Of a stretch of DNA of 64,000 bases, positions 12,808 through 24,904 are shown piece by piece. The notes under the pieces were generated by a model that was given only the letters and a program-made list of their open reading frames with translations, had not been told where the DNA came from and ran no database searches. The first letter of the stretch is position 1, and each line of letters begins with the position of its first letter. Both the position numbers and the translations under genes were made by a program. The stretch is taken from positions 35,836,001-35,900,000 of the forward strand of contig OX597831.1 of NCBI GenBank assembly GCA_951406725.2, written 5' to 3'. Origin of the DNA: Octopus vulgaris. Taxonomy: Eukaryota.

Positions 12808-13030
12808 AGGTGTGACTGTGTGCTTAAGGAGCTTGCTTCCCCACCATGTGGGTCATGGGTTCAGACCTATGACTACATCGCACTTTAGGGCAAGTGCCTT
12901 CTATTATAGCCCCTGGCTGACCAAAGCCTTGTGAGTGGATTTAGTAGATGGAAAATGAAAGAAGCTCATTGTATACATATATATGCACATGTGTATGTGT
13001 TAGTGTCTGTGTGTGTGCATATATATATGT
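12808..13030 (+). mobile_element. SINE family B head
   Basis: GGGCAAGTGCCTTCTATTATAGCC...GCCTTGTGAGTGGATTT. Confidence 0.75.
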
Positions 13031-13047
13031 GTGTGTGTGTGCCTATG

Positions 13048-13080
<33 letters not shown>

Positions 13081-13085
<5 letters not shown>

Positions 13086-13471
13086 ATAAATATTAGGGAA
13101 TAAATCCAAATTTACAGGGAAATATCAGATTTAGGATTGAATCCAATTTTATAGTAAAATATTATACCTTATAAATTAAAGTTAATATCTAACATTATAG
13201 TCGATTTTGATATAATCATATTTAATAATAGAGTTTATTATAAGTAAATTTTTATTTTTATTTAGATTATATAGATTATTTATATCTTAAAAATATTGAT
13301 TATATTTTAGGTTTTGAAACCACCTGAAGAATGTCTCATAGAAGTGCTGACACGAAACGATCGTAGTGGTTATTTTAATTAAATTTAATTTATATAAATT
13401 ATTTTATGTATTGGCTTAAGTCTTTCTTTGTTTGATTTGCATAAAAGTGGTTTTGTCTCTAATTTAATATA

Positions 13472-13472
<1 letters not shown>
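13081..13472 (+). mobile_element. AT-rich (TA)n-inserted non-coding element carrying a hammerhead ribozyme
   Basis: Flanked by (TA)n. Related fragments lie at 9441-9615 (-) and about 23185-23265 (+). Confidence 0.7.
13318..13371 (+). ncRNA. Minimal type I hammerhead ribozyme motif
   Basis: AACCAC-CTGAAGA-ATGTC-loop-GACAC-GAAA-C-GATC-G-TA-GTGGTT. Stem I is 6 bp (AACCAC/GTGGTT), loop III is the palindrome GATC and the triplet is GUA. There is an A-C mismatch at the base of stem II. Confidence 0.8.
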
Positions 13473-13525
<53 letters not shown>

Positions 13526-13965
13526 CAATATAAATTAGAAATGAAACCAAAATAATAGATTGGACAATTAAATTTAATCATTAAATGATAGATTCAATTC
13601 AGTTTTATTATTTTATACAAACAAATGACACATCTAGTAAATTATGCCTGTTTCTACACCATTAACAAAAACAGGTTTTTCAAGAATAATAAAATACTGT
13701 TTTAGATATAATAAGAGTTCATCAGATGGACATATCTTCTTAAATATCTCACAAAAAATAGCAATTGAAAATTTTTATAACTGCTAACGCTTTTCAAAAA
13801 TATGGTTTTTTAAGAGCATGCTTAATCATAAATATATATGTATGAGTGTGTGCATGTGTTTGTTATTGTGCACTCTTGTCTTGTTATTATGTAATGATTG
13901 TAAATGAGCTTGATGTTCATTTCCAGTCTTCTGTGGAGAATATGTGTGGCTATTAGAAATATTGG

Positions 13966-14178
13966 TTCCAAGTTTTGGTACAAGGCATGCAGTTTCGGAG
14001 GAGGGAGCAAGTCAATTACACCAATCCCAGGGTTCAAATGGCATTTATTTTATTGACCCCGGAATGATGAAAGGCACAGCTGGTGTTGGCAGCATTCGAA
14101 AACAGAACGTAAAGTTGAGCAGAATGCCACTGATCCTTTTTTTTCTTCTTAGAGCACTAACGATTCTGCCAGCTCACC
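13966..14178 (-). mobile_element. Diverged SINE family A copy
   Basis: GACCCCGGAATGATGAAAGGCA and CTAACGATTCTGCCAGCTCACC. Confidence 0.75.
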
Positions 14179-14876
14179 TGGAAGCTACAAGAAATGTTAG
14201 TTTACCTGGAAACAGGTGTGAGTTGGTGACAGGAAGGACATGCAGCCATTGAAAAGGTCTGCCTCAAAAAATTCCATCTGAAGCATGCATGCTTGGATAA
14301 AGGTAGATGATGATGATGATGATGATGACGACGACAACGACGATGGTGATGGTGATGATAGCAATGATGGTGATGATGATGATGATGACAATCATGATGA
14401 TATATACTGAAATCAAAACAGCAAGAAGAAAGAAAAAAGGACAAACAAACAAAAAGATTAATTAAATTTTGTAAATATTAATTCATCTGCACTTAATATA
14501 GAAATTAAATTTGAACAAAAAAAATATTCTGATTTTCAAAAAATCAACTAAAAATATGTAAATAAATAAATGAATTAACGAATGAACAAACTGAATTCTT
14601 AATAAAAATGCTACAAAGAAAGAAATCTATCTTTGTACTTGAGACATATCTTTTTGCTTTCTTTTTTGTTTTTTTTTGTACAAAGATTAAAATCAAAGTC
14701 TAGAAAATATCTAAATACAGATGTGATATTTTAGACTTTCTAAGTTAACAAGTTTTTGTTCATTTTTAGCTAAAGTGTAAATCTAATCTAAACTGTATTT
14801 TAAATATATATGCATGTATGTATGTATGTATGTATGTATGTATGTATGTATGTATGTATGTATGTATGTATGTATG

Positions 14877-14910
<34 letters not shown>

Positions 14911-14967
14911 CAACACATATATATATATATAGATATACATATATATGCATACATATATATATGTGTG

Positions 14968-15015
<48 letters not shown>

Positions 15016-15143
15016 TGTGTGTGTGTGTGGTGTTAGCTTGATGCTATTTTAAATAAAATGATGTATATATATTTACAATTTGACATTTATTTTGCCCACT
15101 ATGGTTTAAGTAATAATAATGATGATGATGATAATAATAATAA

Positions 15144-15375
15144 GGCGGCGAGCTGGCAGAAACGTTAGCACATCGGGCGAAATGCGTAGCCGTATTTTGT
15201 CTGCTGTTACGTTCTGAGTTCAAATTCCGCCGAGGTCGACTTTGCCTTTCATCCTTTCAGGGTCGATAAATTAAGTACCAGTTACGCACTGGGATCGATT
15301 TAATCGACTTAATTCGTTTGTCTGTCCTTGTTTGCCCTCTCTGTGTTTAGCCCCTTGTGGGTAGTAAAGAAATAG
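15144..15375 (+). mobile_element. SINE family A, young copy with LINE-like tail
   Basis: Nearly identical to 39531-39761; ends TAGCCCCTTGTGGGTAGTAAAGAAATAG. Confidence 0.9.
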
Positions 15376-15491
15376 ATAATAATAATAATGATAATAATAA
15401 TAATAATAATAGTAGTAATAACAATGATGATGATGATGATGATAATAATAATAGTAATAACAATGATGATGATGATGATGATGATAATAAT

Positions 15492-15532
<41 letters not shown>

Positions 15533-15553
15533 TGATGATTTCATTTATTTACT

Positions 15554-15628
15554 ACATTTTGTGTCTGTCATTGTATTGTACCCCCTCATCCACTGAGGAG
15601 GTACAATACAAAGACAGACACAAAATGT
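15554..15628. repeat. Hairpin with 35-bp stem and 5-nt loop
   Basis: ACATTTTGTGTCTGTCATTGTATTGTACCCCCTCA-TCCAC-TGAGGAGGTACAATACAAAGACAGACACAAAATGT, with two mismatches. Confidence 0.9.
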
Positions 15629-15805
15629 GGGGTTTTACAAATAATGAAATGATTAAAAAAAAATTAGGGGTTAAGTATACGCTGTATACAATGAAAAGAA
15701 AGGGTAATATACACAGCGTACAGAGGTTTGAAAAATAAAGACACAACAGAGTTGACCAATATCTACACTGGATAACATATGTCAGCATTATAAAATCAGA
15801 ACTAA

Positions 15806-16001
15806 GGTGGCAAGCTGGCTGAGTCGTTAGCATGCTGAACGAAATGCTTAGCAGTATTTCACCTGTCGTTATGTTCTGAGTTTGGCTTTGCTTTTCATCC
15901 TTTCAGGGTCGATGAATTAAGTACCAGTGAAACAGTGGTGTCGATGTAATCTACTAGTCCCCTCTTCCAAAATTTCAGACCGTGTGCCTTTAGTAGAAAG
16001 G
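15806..16001 (+). mobile_element. SINE family A with target-site duplication
   Basis: Flanked by ATTATAAAATCAGAACT (15787-15803) and ATTATAAAATCAAAACT (16002-16018). Confidence 0.8.
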
Positions 16002-16018
16002 ATTATAAAATCAAAACT

Positions 16019-16306
16019 TTATTTGCATTATTTATGTTTGACGGATATTTGTCCTCATGTTGTTTGTTGTTAATAATTTTCAGCTGATATACCTTCCAGC
16101 CTTCAATTATTTACATTATTTAGATTTGACGGATATTGTCCTTCTTTGTTGTTAACACAACATTTCGACTGATATACCCTCCTGGGTATATCAGCCAAAA
16201 CGGTGTGTTAACAACAAACAAGATGAGGACAAATATATGTCAAATGTAAATAATGTAAATAATGTAAATAATGTACATAATTCCTTATCTCATAAATATA
16301 GAACTG
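16019..16306. mobile_element. Penelope-like pseudo-LTR relic, tandem plus inverted copies, with a partial hammerhead
   Basis: TTTGACGGATAT..GTCCT..TTTGTTGTTAA occurs twice, followed by an inverted copy around CTGATATACCC-TCCT-GGGTATATCAG. Minus strand TGAAGGCTG-gaaggtatat-CAGCT-GAAA resembles stem II plus the GAAA core. Confidence 0.6.
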
Positions 16307-16477
16307 TAAAATCAGAACTGCTGACAAATGGTACAAGTATCACCCTGAGGCTGTTACTGAGGCAGAAATATAACACTTCTTTGAGACTTTCCAGCATGTA
16401 CAGACTGGACCATCAAAACTAATAAATTAGATATTGTTGTGAAAGACCAAAACAATAAAATCTGTTTATTGATTGAC

Positions 16478-16890
16478 GTAGGAGTGGCTGTGTGGTAAGT
16501 AGCTTGCTTACCAACCACATGGTTCCAGGTTCATTCCCACTACGTGGCACCTTGGGCCAGTGTCTTCTACTATAGCTTCTGGCCGACCAAAGCCTTGTGA
16601 GTGGATTTGATTGATGGAAACTGAAAGAAGCTCGTCGTGTGTATGTATATATATATGTATGTGTGTCTGTGTATATGTTTGTGTGTCTGTGTTTGTCCCC
16701 CCCCCCAACATCGCTTGACAACTGATGCTGGTGTGTTTACGTTCCTGTAACCTAGCTGTTCAGCAAAAGAGACCGAGAGAATAAGTACTAGACTTACAAA
16801 GAATAAGTCCTGGGGTTGATTTGCTCAACTAAAAGCGGTGCTCCAGCATGGCCACAGTCAAATGACTGAAACAAGTAAAAGAGTAAAATA
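16478..16890 (+). mobile_element. SINE family B, full length
   Basis: GGAGTGGCTGTGTGGTAAGTAGC head through GTAAAAGAGTAAAA tail. Confidence 0.9.
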
Positions 16891-16959
16891 GTATGAGCAT
16901 ACCTAGGGATCATAATATCTCAGCAAAAGAATTTGATAAGCTCAGAAAATTAGAAAGGA

Positions 16960-17135
16960 CCCACTACACTCTTAGAGTGGTTGGCATCAGGAAGAGCATC
17001 CAGTTGTAGAAACCATGCCAAATCAGATTGGAACCTGGTGCAGCTCCCCAGCTTACCAATTTCTAGTCAAACCGTCCAACCCATGCCAGCATGGAAAACG
17101 GATGTTAAAAGATGATGATGATGATGATGATGATA
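16960..17135 (+). mobile_element. Repeat family E (retroposon-like, (GAT)n tail)
   Basis: CCCACTACACTC..GAGTGGTTGGC..AGGAAG.GCATCCAG...CCAACCCATGCCAGCATGGAAAACGGA.GTTAAA(GAT)n. Confidence 0.8.
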
Positions 17136-17180
17136 CTAGATAAAGAAACAGTTAAGAGAATTAAATTAAACATAGACATA

Positions 17181-17345
17181 GGCGCAGGAGTGGCTGTGTG
17201 GTAAGTAGCTTGTTTACCAACCACATGGTTCTGGGTTCAGTCCCACTGCGTGGAACCTTGGGCAAGTGTCTTCTACTATAGCCTTGGGCCGACCAAAGCC
17301 TTGTGAGTGGATTTGGTAGACAGAAACTGAAAGAAGCCTGTCGTA

Positions 17346-17389
<44 letters not shown>

Positions 17390-17610
17390 TGTGTGTGTTT
17401 GTGTGTCTGTGTTTGTCCCCCTAGCATTGCTTGACAACTGATGCTGGTGTGTTTATGTCCCCGTTACTTTGCGGTTTGACAAAAAGAGACCGATAGAATA
17501 AGTACTGGGCTTACAAAAAGAATAAGTCCCGGGGTCGAGTTGCTCGACTAAAGGCGGTGCTCCAGCATGGCCGCAGTCAAATGACTGAAACAAGTAAAAG
17601 AGTAAAGGAG
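17181..17610 (+). mobile_element. SINE family B, full length
   Basis: GGCGCAGGAGTGGCTGTGTGG head, internal (TA)n tract and canonical tail. Confidence 0.9.
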
Positions 17611-17611
17611 T

Positions 17612-18260
17612 ATAGTTATTTAGGAACCAATGAACTAAACTGGGTACAACTCACACAAATGAAGCCAATATTAGAGTGTACTGTTGTAGACAAATTGGAT
17701 TAATACTTGATACAGAGCTATATGCAAAAAGTAAGATAAGAGGCATCAATACTCTAGGTGTCCCAGTAACAAGTTACAGTTGTAATATTCTCAGCTCAAC
17801 ACTAAATAGTCTGGCAAGGCTAGGCGAGGAAACAAGGGAAATAATGATTGCATTTAGAAAACATCTCCCATACAAAATATAACATTGAAACATTTCATTT
17901 ACCATGAATACAAGGAAATTATGGCAAAATATCCTCTTTGCTCTACAAAATATATTGTATGTAATTATGGAAAAATTCAACGCAAATCTACAAAATATGA
18001 ATGAAACAAAAATCAGTTTTCTTTCTTCAGGGAAGCTAATAAATACAAAACAAAGGATGAAGTGACAGATAGTTATAAAGAAAATGGAGAAATGATGATA
18101 GAAATTAACTATGAAGTAGCTAGAAGCTAATCTAAAATTGGCAATACAGAACACCATGATAAAATAATAATAGAAAAAATTCCCATCTTTTGGCTAATAC
18201 TGGGAAAAGGGCTGGACAGAGTTGAAATTGACAAAGAAAAATGTCAGCATTGGCTGAAGT
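17612..18260 (+). pseudogene. Decayed R4/Dong-clade non-LTR retrotransposon, RT C-terminal/thumb region
   Basis: YSYLG...LILDTELYAKSKIRGINTLGVPVTSYSCNIL...LARLGEETREIM..FRKHLP follows the R4-type pattern YKYLG / IL.TELN.KNKI..INT.AVPV..YSF / LDRKTRK.M...HHP. Confidence 0.75.
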
Positions 18261-18344
18261 TTGCTCAATCTGAACTGATTTGGGATTTAACAACAATAAA
18301 ACACCTGCTCTCTTAGAGATTCACCATACAATTTGTTACTCTCT

Positions 18345-18762
18345 CCACCCATCTGTTTCAAAAAAAGATGGGTAAATGTAGCAAGGATGGCATGTATAAA
18401 TGACGAAGCCACCTTGAGCATAATCCTATGAATCCGGAAAATTTAAAACAGAGGGTTACCTACATGCAAACAAATGTGGTAACATGTAACATTATTGACT
18501 GAGGTTACTGAGGCTTTTCTTCCCACGGATAAACCTTATCTGCTTCCTCCTTTACACTTTACGTCATGACACTGTGATACACGATCACTATTGATTGTTT
18601 TTTTTCTTTTTTCTCTTTTACTTTTTTTTTTCTTTCTCTTTTTATGATCCCTTTTGATTGAAAACCTACCCCACCTTTATTTTTCTCTCCTCAAAAACGA
18701 AAAGCTCTACTTTATAATCTGTCCCATCTGTGTGCAGCCCTGTGTGGCTAATAAAGAAACAT
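18345..18762 (+). mobile_element. 3' end of a Tx1/L1-like LINE (ORF2 terminus plus 3' UTR)
   Basis: CFKKRWVNVARMACINDEATLSIIL* is followed by a T-rich UTR and AATAAAGAAACATA, then directly by a long (TATC)n tract. The clade call rests only on the short F..RW terminus. Confidence 0.5.
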
Positions 18763-18768
18763 ATCTAA

Positions 18769-18821
<53 letters not shown>

Positions 18822-18886
18822 CTTCTCTCTATCTATTTATCTATCTATCTAGCTATCTATCTTATCTATCTATCTAATCTAACTAA

Positions 18887-18932
<46 letters not shown>

Positions 18933-18962
18933 GTATCTATTTATCTATCTATCTGTATCTAT

Positions 18963-18995
<33 letters not shown>

Positions 18996-18997
18996 CT

Positions 18998-19084
<87 letters not shown>

Positions 19085-19101
19085 GTCTGTCTATCTGTCT
19101 G

Positions 19102-19165
<64 letters not shown>

Positions 19166-19179
19166 ATCAATCTATCTGA

Positions 19180-19257
<78 letters not shown>
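18763..19257. repeat. (TATC)n microsatellite of about 0.5 kb
   Basis: Directly visible. Confidence 0.95.
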
Positions 19258-19707
19258 CACTCTAGCTCTGTCTCTGTTTATTTCAGTTTCTCTTTTCTCT
19301 CTTCTTTTCTAGCATTCACCATCCATGGTGACATACTGTCTCTTTGTGTCTATCTCTCTGTCTGTCTGTTTGTCGACAGCATGCACCATGTATTATTAAA
19401 TTATGTCTATTTCATCTTCTCTAACCCCTGTCCCTCAATATACTCCTGATTAATCCCTGAACTATAAACTTCAGCCTCATCCGGCACCATTTTATATTGT
19501 TTTTGAACCATTGTCTGAAGCATTATGGATAGGAAATTCTATATCTGTTTTCTTCTACATGTATATCCTCTGAAACATGTAGCATGGAATTAAAAGTAGA
19601 CCAAATTTCTCCAGTCTTATGATGATATGTTTCTCTACATGTATTTGCTAATGCATGCATGTGCATGTGTGTTTATGTGTGTGTGAGCATGTGTGTCTGT
19701 TAATTTA

Positions 19708-20330
19708 TAGTAATCCCTTGACTATCACAGGTATTACGTTCCGAAATCCTCCATGATAGGTGAAAATCTACGAAGTAGAAACAATACAGTACTCTATATT
19801 TTTATATATTATTTTTTTAATTTGCACATATTTATTCTTTTTACTTATTTCAGTCGTTTGACTGTGGCCATGCTGGAGCATCGCCTTTATTCTTTGTAAG
19901 CCTAGTACTTATTCTATCGGTCTCTTTTGCCGAACCACTAAGTTACGGGGACGTAAACACGCCAGCATCGGTTGTCAAGCGATGTTGGGGGGTGGGAGGG
20001 AAAAACACAGACACAAATACACACACACATATATATATATATACATATATACGACAGGCTTCTTTCAGTTTCTGTCTACCAAATCCACTCACAAGTTTTT
20101 GGTCGGCCCGAGGCTATAGTAGAAGACACTTGCTGAAGGAGCCACGCAGTGGGACTGAACCCAGAACCATGTGGTTGGCAAGCAAGCTACTTACCACACA
20201 CCCACTCCTGTGCCTAATTACTTTATTATAAATACAAAACAACACCACAGAGGAATTGATGTAAGCTTAAATAATAGACCACGATAGGTGAACGGCAATA
20301 GGTAAATCGTGATATGATGAGGGATTACCG
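19708..20330. mobile_element. pogo/Tigger-like MITE with a nested SINE family B (approx. 19835-20213, minus)
   Basis: TIRs TA|TAGTAATCCCTTGACTATCAC and GTGATATGATGAGGGATTACCG|TA, with TA flanks. Confidence 0.7.
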
Positions 20331-20945
20331 TATATACCAGTCTGGTCTATATCTATCTAGGAGTCTTTTTTCTTTGTCTCTGTCATTCTAGTTGTCTGCT
20401 TCCCCCACTTTTTTTGCCAATCCTTAAAGAAGGGGCAAAGCACATGATCTTTGCAGGCCCTTTGTGAATAGCGAGATTGATGTTGTTAGCATTCTGCTTA
20501 TTTAAACTGTAGCAGGCCAATGCACATAGGAAAGACATGAGCAAGGAGTGATTGCAGAAGGATGAGGCATGGTAGGAGGAAAGGTTAGGCATAGCAGTTA
20601 GTGTGGAGTTGAGGGAGGGGTTTATGTACCGAAAGTACTGTGAGGTAAAAGAAAACATGAGTAGGTCAGGGTAGTGTGAGTAATGTAGACACAGTGCAAC
20701 CAACTCTATGGAGCAGGGGCCATTTTAGTAGTGATAGAAAAGACAGAGAAAGGAAACAGATTGGCTGTTTCTATGTTTCTGCATGTCAATATGTGTGTGT
20801 GTATGTGTGTGCGTGCATATGCATGTGTGTGTCTGTGTTGATACGTGAGTGTGTAAGTAATTAAGTAAGTTACTTATGCTTGTATATGTGTGTGTATATA
20901 TATATATGTGTGTGTGTGTGTGCCTATATATAAATATACTACTAT

Positions 20946-21322
20946 GGCACTACTTTGGTTATGATGACGAAGGTTCTAGTTAATCCAATCTATGGAACAA
21001 CCTGCTTGTGAAATTAATTTACAAGTAGCTGAGCACTCCACAGACACATGTACCCTTAACATAGTTCTCAGGGAGATTCAGCGTGTCACAGAGTGTGACA
21101 AGGCTGGCCCTTTGAAATACAGGTACAACAGAAACAGGAAGAAAAAGTGAGAGAAAGTTGTGGTGAAAGATTACGGCAGGGTTCGCCACCACCCCCTGCT
21201 GAAGCTTCTGGAGCTTTAAGTGTTTTCACTCAATAAACACTCACAACGCCCGGTCTAGGAATCAAAATCACAAGCTTATGATCATGAGTCTGCTGCCCTA
21301 ATCCCTTGGCCATTGTACTTCC
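20946..21322 (-). mobile_element. tRNA-derived SINE family D, diverged
   Basis: Matches 55101-55482 and 62375-62762. Confidence 0.85.
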
Positions 21323-21524
21323 ACACACACACACACATATTTAAAAAATTTGACAAAAACACGTTGGCAAATAATCTTTATTTTAGCGTACTGTTACTAA
21401 ATGTCTCTCACTGAAAGATTTAGAAATAATAATGTTTCTATTTTAACAAACAGAAAATTTTACAAAAGCATAACAAACAGAAAATTCGTAGCTCATTCAT
21501 CATCAGCCAACATCCAAAAGATCA

Positions 21525-21598
21525 TTACACTTGTGTGCCTTTAGCATTGATATTGTTCACTTCTGGTGGCGCCAGTGGTGAAAAGCCACTGGGAATAG
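21525..21598 (-). CDS. Candidate terminal coding exon of an unidentified host gene (xIPSGFSPLAPPEVNNINAKGTQV*)
   Basis: Unique non-repeat sequence. The acceptor is ...TGTCCTGTACATTCATTAG|CT, the frame is open to TAA and the peptide ends in a class I PDZ motif (T-Q-V). No upstream exon was identified. Confidence 0.5.
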
Positions 21599-22266
21599 CT
21601 AATGAATGTACAGGACAATGACAAAATCAGACATGGCAAAATAAAACAAACATGTACAACAAAACATGCCATGCAGATGCAAGAGAGGCAGATATCGGGT
21701 AACACAAAAGAAAAAAAAAATGTCTTGTAGGCCTGGAGAGAAGAAAAGGACAGAAAAGAAGAAATATAGTACTAAGGAGGAAGGCATAAAAGAGAGACAA
21801 AGAAAGAAAAAGAGACAGAAATAGATGTCACATAAAAAAATATTTCAAGAATATTTTACAAATGAGGAAACAAAAAATCAGGAGTGCGTAGCATTACATG
21901 AATAATATTCCAAAAGTTTAAAAGAAATACGACAAACGGAAAATTTCGCAAAGGCATAACAAACAGACAGTTTGTAGCTCATATATATAAATGTATATTA
22001 CATATATATATATATATATACACACACATACACACATATATATATATATACACACATACATATATATATAATCACATACATATATATACATATATATACA
22101 TATATATATATAGACATACATATATACATATGTATATTATATATATATGTATATATACATGTATACATATATATATACACATACATATATACATAGGCAT
22201 ATTATATATATATGTATATATATATATATATATATATAAATCTATCTATCTATCTATCTATCTATC

Positions 22267-22301
<35 letters not shown>

Positions 22302-22394
22302 GAGAGAGAGAGGTTATGAGAAGTAATGGTGTCAATAAGACCCAAAGGTGTCAGGTAATGCTGAGTATGTGCTATGGACAGACCATAGTTAAGC

Positions 22395-23067
22395 TCCAGG
22401 TTCGGTGATTATGCGAATAAGGAGTCCACACTGTAGGTATCACACACATCATAAGCAGTTGTCTGAAAATGTCTTCGTGGCATTATCTATCGACAAGACA
22501 TGAATATGTAGCTAGGACACTCTATAATGAAATCCGTGGGAAGGATAATCCCAAGGACAAAGAAATAAGAACCCACAATATGTTAGAAGTGATAGCCACT
22601 CATAATGAAAAGGAATACTGGTGGAATATAGCAGTAAAGACCTCAATAATATGTAAGCCCAACATACCTGATATAATGATTTAGGATAGAGAAGAGAAAC
22701 TGTGCACAACTGTGGAAATTAGCTGCCCAGAGGATGTTAACATAACGCTGAAGATCAGTGAAAAAATGCTGAACTATTGAGAAATCTGCAGTTACTCTAT
22801 CCAGATTACAAGTTCAGGTTTATACCTGTAATTATTGGGGCCCTGGGATATGTAACACACTGCTTAAATACCAATCTTGAGAAATTAGGCTTCTCAAAAC
22901 CAGAAAGGAGAAAGCTAATTTGAAGACTACTGGTCCAATCCATCACTGGAACTGTAAAAATTAATGAAACTTTCCAGAAGTCTATCATTTAAATATATAT
23001 GAGCATGTCTAGATATGTAACTATATGCATGAGAATACATACATAAAACATACAAATCTGCACATAG
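22395..23067 (+). pseudogene. 5'-truncated R4/Dong-clade LINE: zinc knuckle, restriction-like endonuclease and 3' UTR
   Basis: HIISSC...YLSTRHEYVARTLY...EYWWN..VKT...KPNIPDIMI*D...VEISCP.D.N...FIPVIIGALG...GTVKI. This fits the RHD.V, PD..(D/E) and IIGALG motifs. A (TACA)n tract follows. Confidence 0.85.
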
Positions 23068-23127
23068 ATACATACATACATCATACATACATACATACAT
23101 ACATACATACATACATACATACATACA

Positions 23128-23161
<34 letters not shown>

Positions 23162-23351
23162 ATACACACACATATATATATAATTATTATTTGAGGGAAT
23201 ATAAATCCAAACTTACAGGGAAAGAAAATCAATTTAGAAATACGGAATCAAATTTCACACAATATAATATATATATATATAAAATTTCACTCAAATTGTT
23301 TTAATATATATATATATATTATATATATATATATATATATACATATTTATA

Positions 23352-24247
23352 CAGTGTGCAGTGAATAAACTGTCATCTAAATTAGACAAAAATGAAAATA
23401 ATACGGACATCTCATTTTAATAGATATATTTACCAAAATTACATTAAAATATCTTGAAACATTAAAGAGTAAATTTATTTAATAAAATCGCCATTGGCTT
23501 CAACCACGGCCTCCAGACGACTTTGGAACCTTTTGCAACTATTCTGGATGGTCTCCATGTTTAAGTTGGGGAATGTTGCCATAATCCTTGCTGTTAGTTC
23601 ATTTTTAATGTTACAAGGAATTGTGTTGGTTTCTCCTTCGACTGCATCCCACACATAATAATCAAGGGAGTTGCAGTCTGGGGAGTTAGGTGATGTTAGT
23701 CTGGGATGTTAGTGGTGATGTGGTCGCAGAAATTATCTGACAGCCATGACTGGATTCTCCTGCTTGTGTGGCATGATGCAGAGTCCTGTTGCCAGACGCA
23801 GGGTCTTCCAGTAGCCACTGTCTTAACCCAGGGCAGCACTACCTCCGCTAGGCACTTGATGTAGGCTTCTGTGCTGAGTCTGAGAGCATGTGGGAAGATG
23901 AATGGAGGCATAACATCACCTTCACTAGCAATCACTCCAGACACCATGATGTTGACTGGATGTTTGATTTTTATCACTCTCGGTACATGTCCTCAAATTG
24001 CACTGTCCTCAGATTGACACCCAAACACTCTGAAATGTTCACACTAGAGCTTCTAGCATGAATGCCAAGTAATACAGCATGTTGTTTCCAAATTTCTGGC
24101 AGAGTGAATTGCGTCATGGTACTGTTTTCTCAGAGACAGTGCCCAACTGACCCTATTATACTGTGTAGCTGCCAAATTCCAAAACAAACAATGTGCATAT
24201 GTGAAATTAATAATATAAAAGGGCGACAATTTGCCCATCGCACCCTA
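23352..24247 (-). mobile_element. Internally deleted maT (D,D37D) Tc1/mariner transposon
   Basis: Imperfect TIRs TA|CAGTGTGCAGTGAATAAACTGTCA and CGACAATTTGCCCATCGCACCCTA|TA. N-terminus MTQFTLPEIWKQHAVLLG (ATG 24117); C-terminal WQQDSASCH...PNSPDCNSLDYYVW...RLEAVVEANGDFIK*. Confidence 0.85.
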
Positions 24248-24358
24248 TATATATATATATGTGTGTGTGTGTGTGCACGTGTGTGTGTGTGTGTGCGCGT
24301 GTGCATGTGCATGCGTGTGTATGTGTATATATACATATATATGTATATATGTATTATG

Positions 24359-24389
<31 letters not shown>

Positions 24390-24904
24390 ATATGTATATG
24401 TATATATGTATATGTATATATATATACATATATATGTATTTATTTATATAGACATACACTTATGCACACACATTTCTCTCTCTCTCTCTCTCTCTTCCTC
24501 TCTTGCTATTTCTTTCTACTTCCCTGTGTCTGTCTTGTTCACACTGTCAAACACACATATATCTACACACAGAGAGATACATAATGTTTTAAAATCTTAT
24601 TTATAATTTATTTCATACGTTGAGGTTTGAAATAAATTATAAATAAGATTTAAAAAAAAAAAAGACCAGAATTTAAATAAACATAAATGAACAGTATTTG
24701 TTTAAAACAAGGAAAATATTAAATTGTATTATTGTTTTTAGTGAAATAGCAATACAATAAAAACAAAATAAAATAATTTTCTTTAATATCAGAGTTAATA
24801 CATAAAATATAATTCTAGTGACTTTTCTGTCTGTTGTGAAAAATGCTAAAAGCATGTTATAACTTTTAGAGATAGATATATGTACATAAATATGTGAAGA
24901 TATT

